From: Hemiscyllium ocellatum
Taxonomy: Eukaryota
Direction: 5' to 3'
DNA length: 64,000 nt
NCBI RefSeq assembly: GCF_020745735.1
Contig: NC_083420.1
Span: 41,044,001-41,108,000 of the forward strand
The notes under the pieces are model-generated. The model saw only the letters and a list, made by a program, of their open reading frames with translations. It was not told the DNA's origin and searched no databases. This document shows, piece after piece, positions 63,935-64,000 of this stretch (positions are counted from its first letter, which is position 1; each line of letters begins with the position of its first letter). Both the position numbers and the translations under genes were made by a program.

Positions 63935-64000
63935 AGAGTCATTGTCACAGAGATGTACAGCATGGAAACAGACCCTTCGGTCCAACCCGTCCATGCCGAC
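63935..64000 (-). mobile_element. CR1 3' terminus, continuing beyond the window
   Basis: agagtcat...gagatgtacagcatggaaacagacccttcggtccaac. Confidence 0.7.

Overview
This is vertebrate genomic DNA, most likely from a shark. That call is inferred from the repeat content: HE1/V-SINE-type and Deu-type SINEs, abundant CR1, and Penelope derivatives. Three protein-coding genes are supported. (1) The last coding exon of a TMEM184A/B-family gene (+, 1289-1533). (2) An intact METTL4 (MT-A70 adenine methyltransferase) whose whole 435-codon CDS lies in one exon (-, 6064-7371), with a strong 5'UTR splice acceptor and a poly(A) signal, so it looks like an expressed retrogene. (3) A 140-aa small Maf bZIP gene (+; CpG/CRE/ETS promoter near 24.0-24.2 kb, coding exons 39687-39722 and 41473-41859) with mixed MafK/MafG features, in tandem with TMEM184 rather than convergent as in human. 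The rest is mostly transposon debris: CR1, Rex1/Babar, a Tigger/pogo relic and SINEs. There is also a rich set of Penelope-like elements. One has a GIY-YIG domain, inverted pseudo-LTRs, a 12-bp TSD and an apparently intact minimal hammerhead ribozyme. At least three families of short, often palindromic, hammerhead-bearing non-autonomous derivatives occur, several with 8-14 bp TSDs. Repeat boundaries were read by eye and are approximate, and homology calls come from recalled sequences, not searches.
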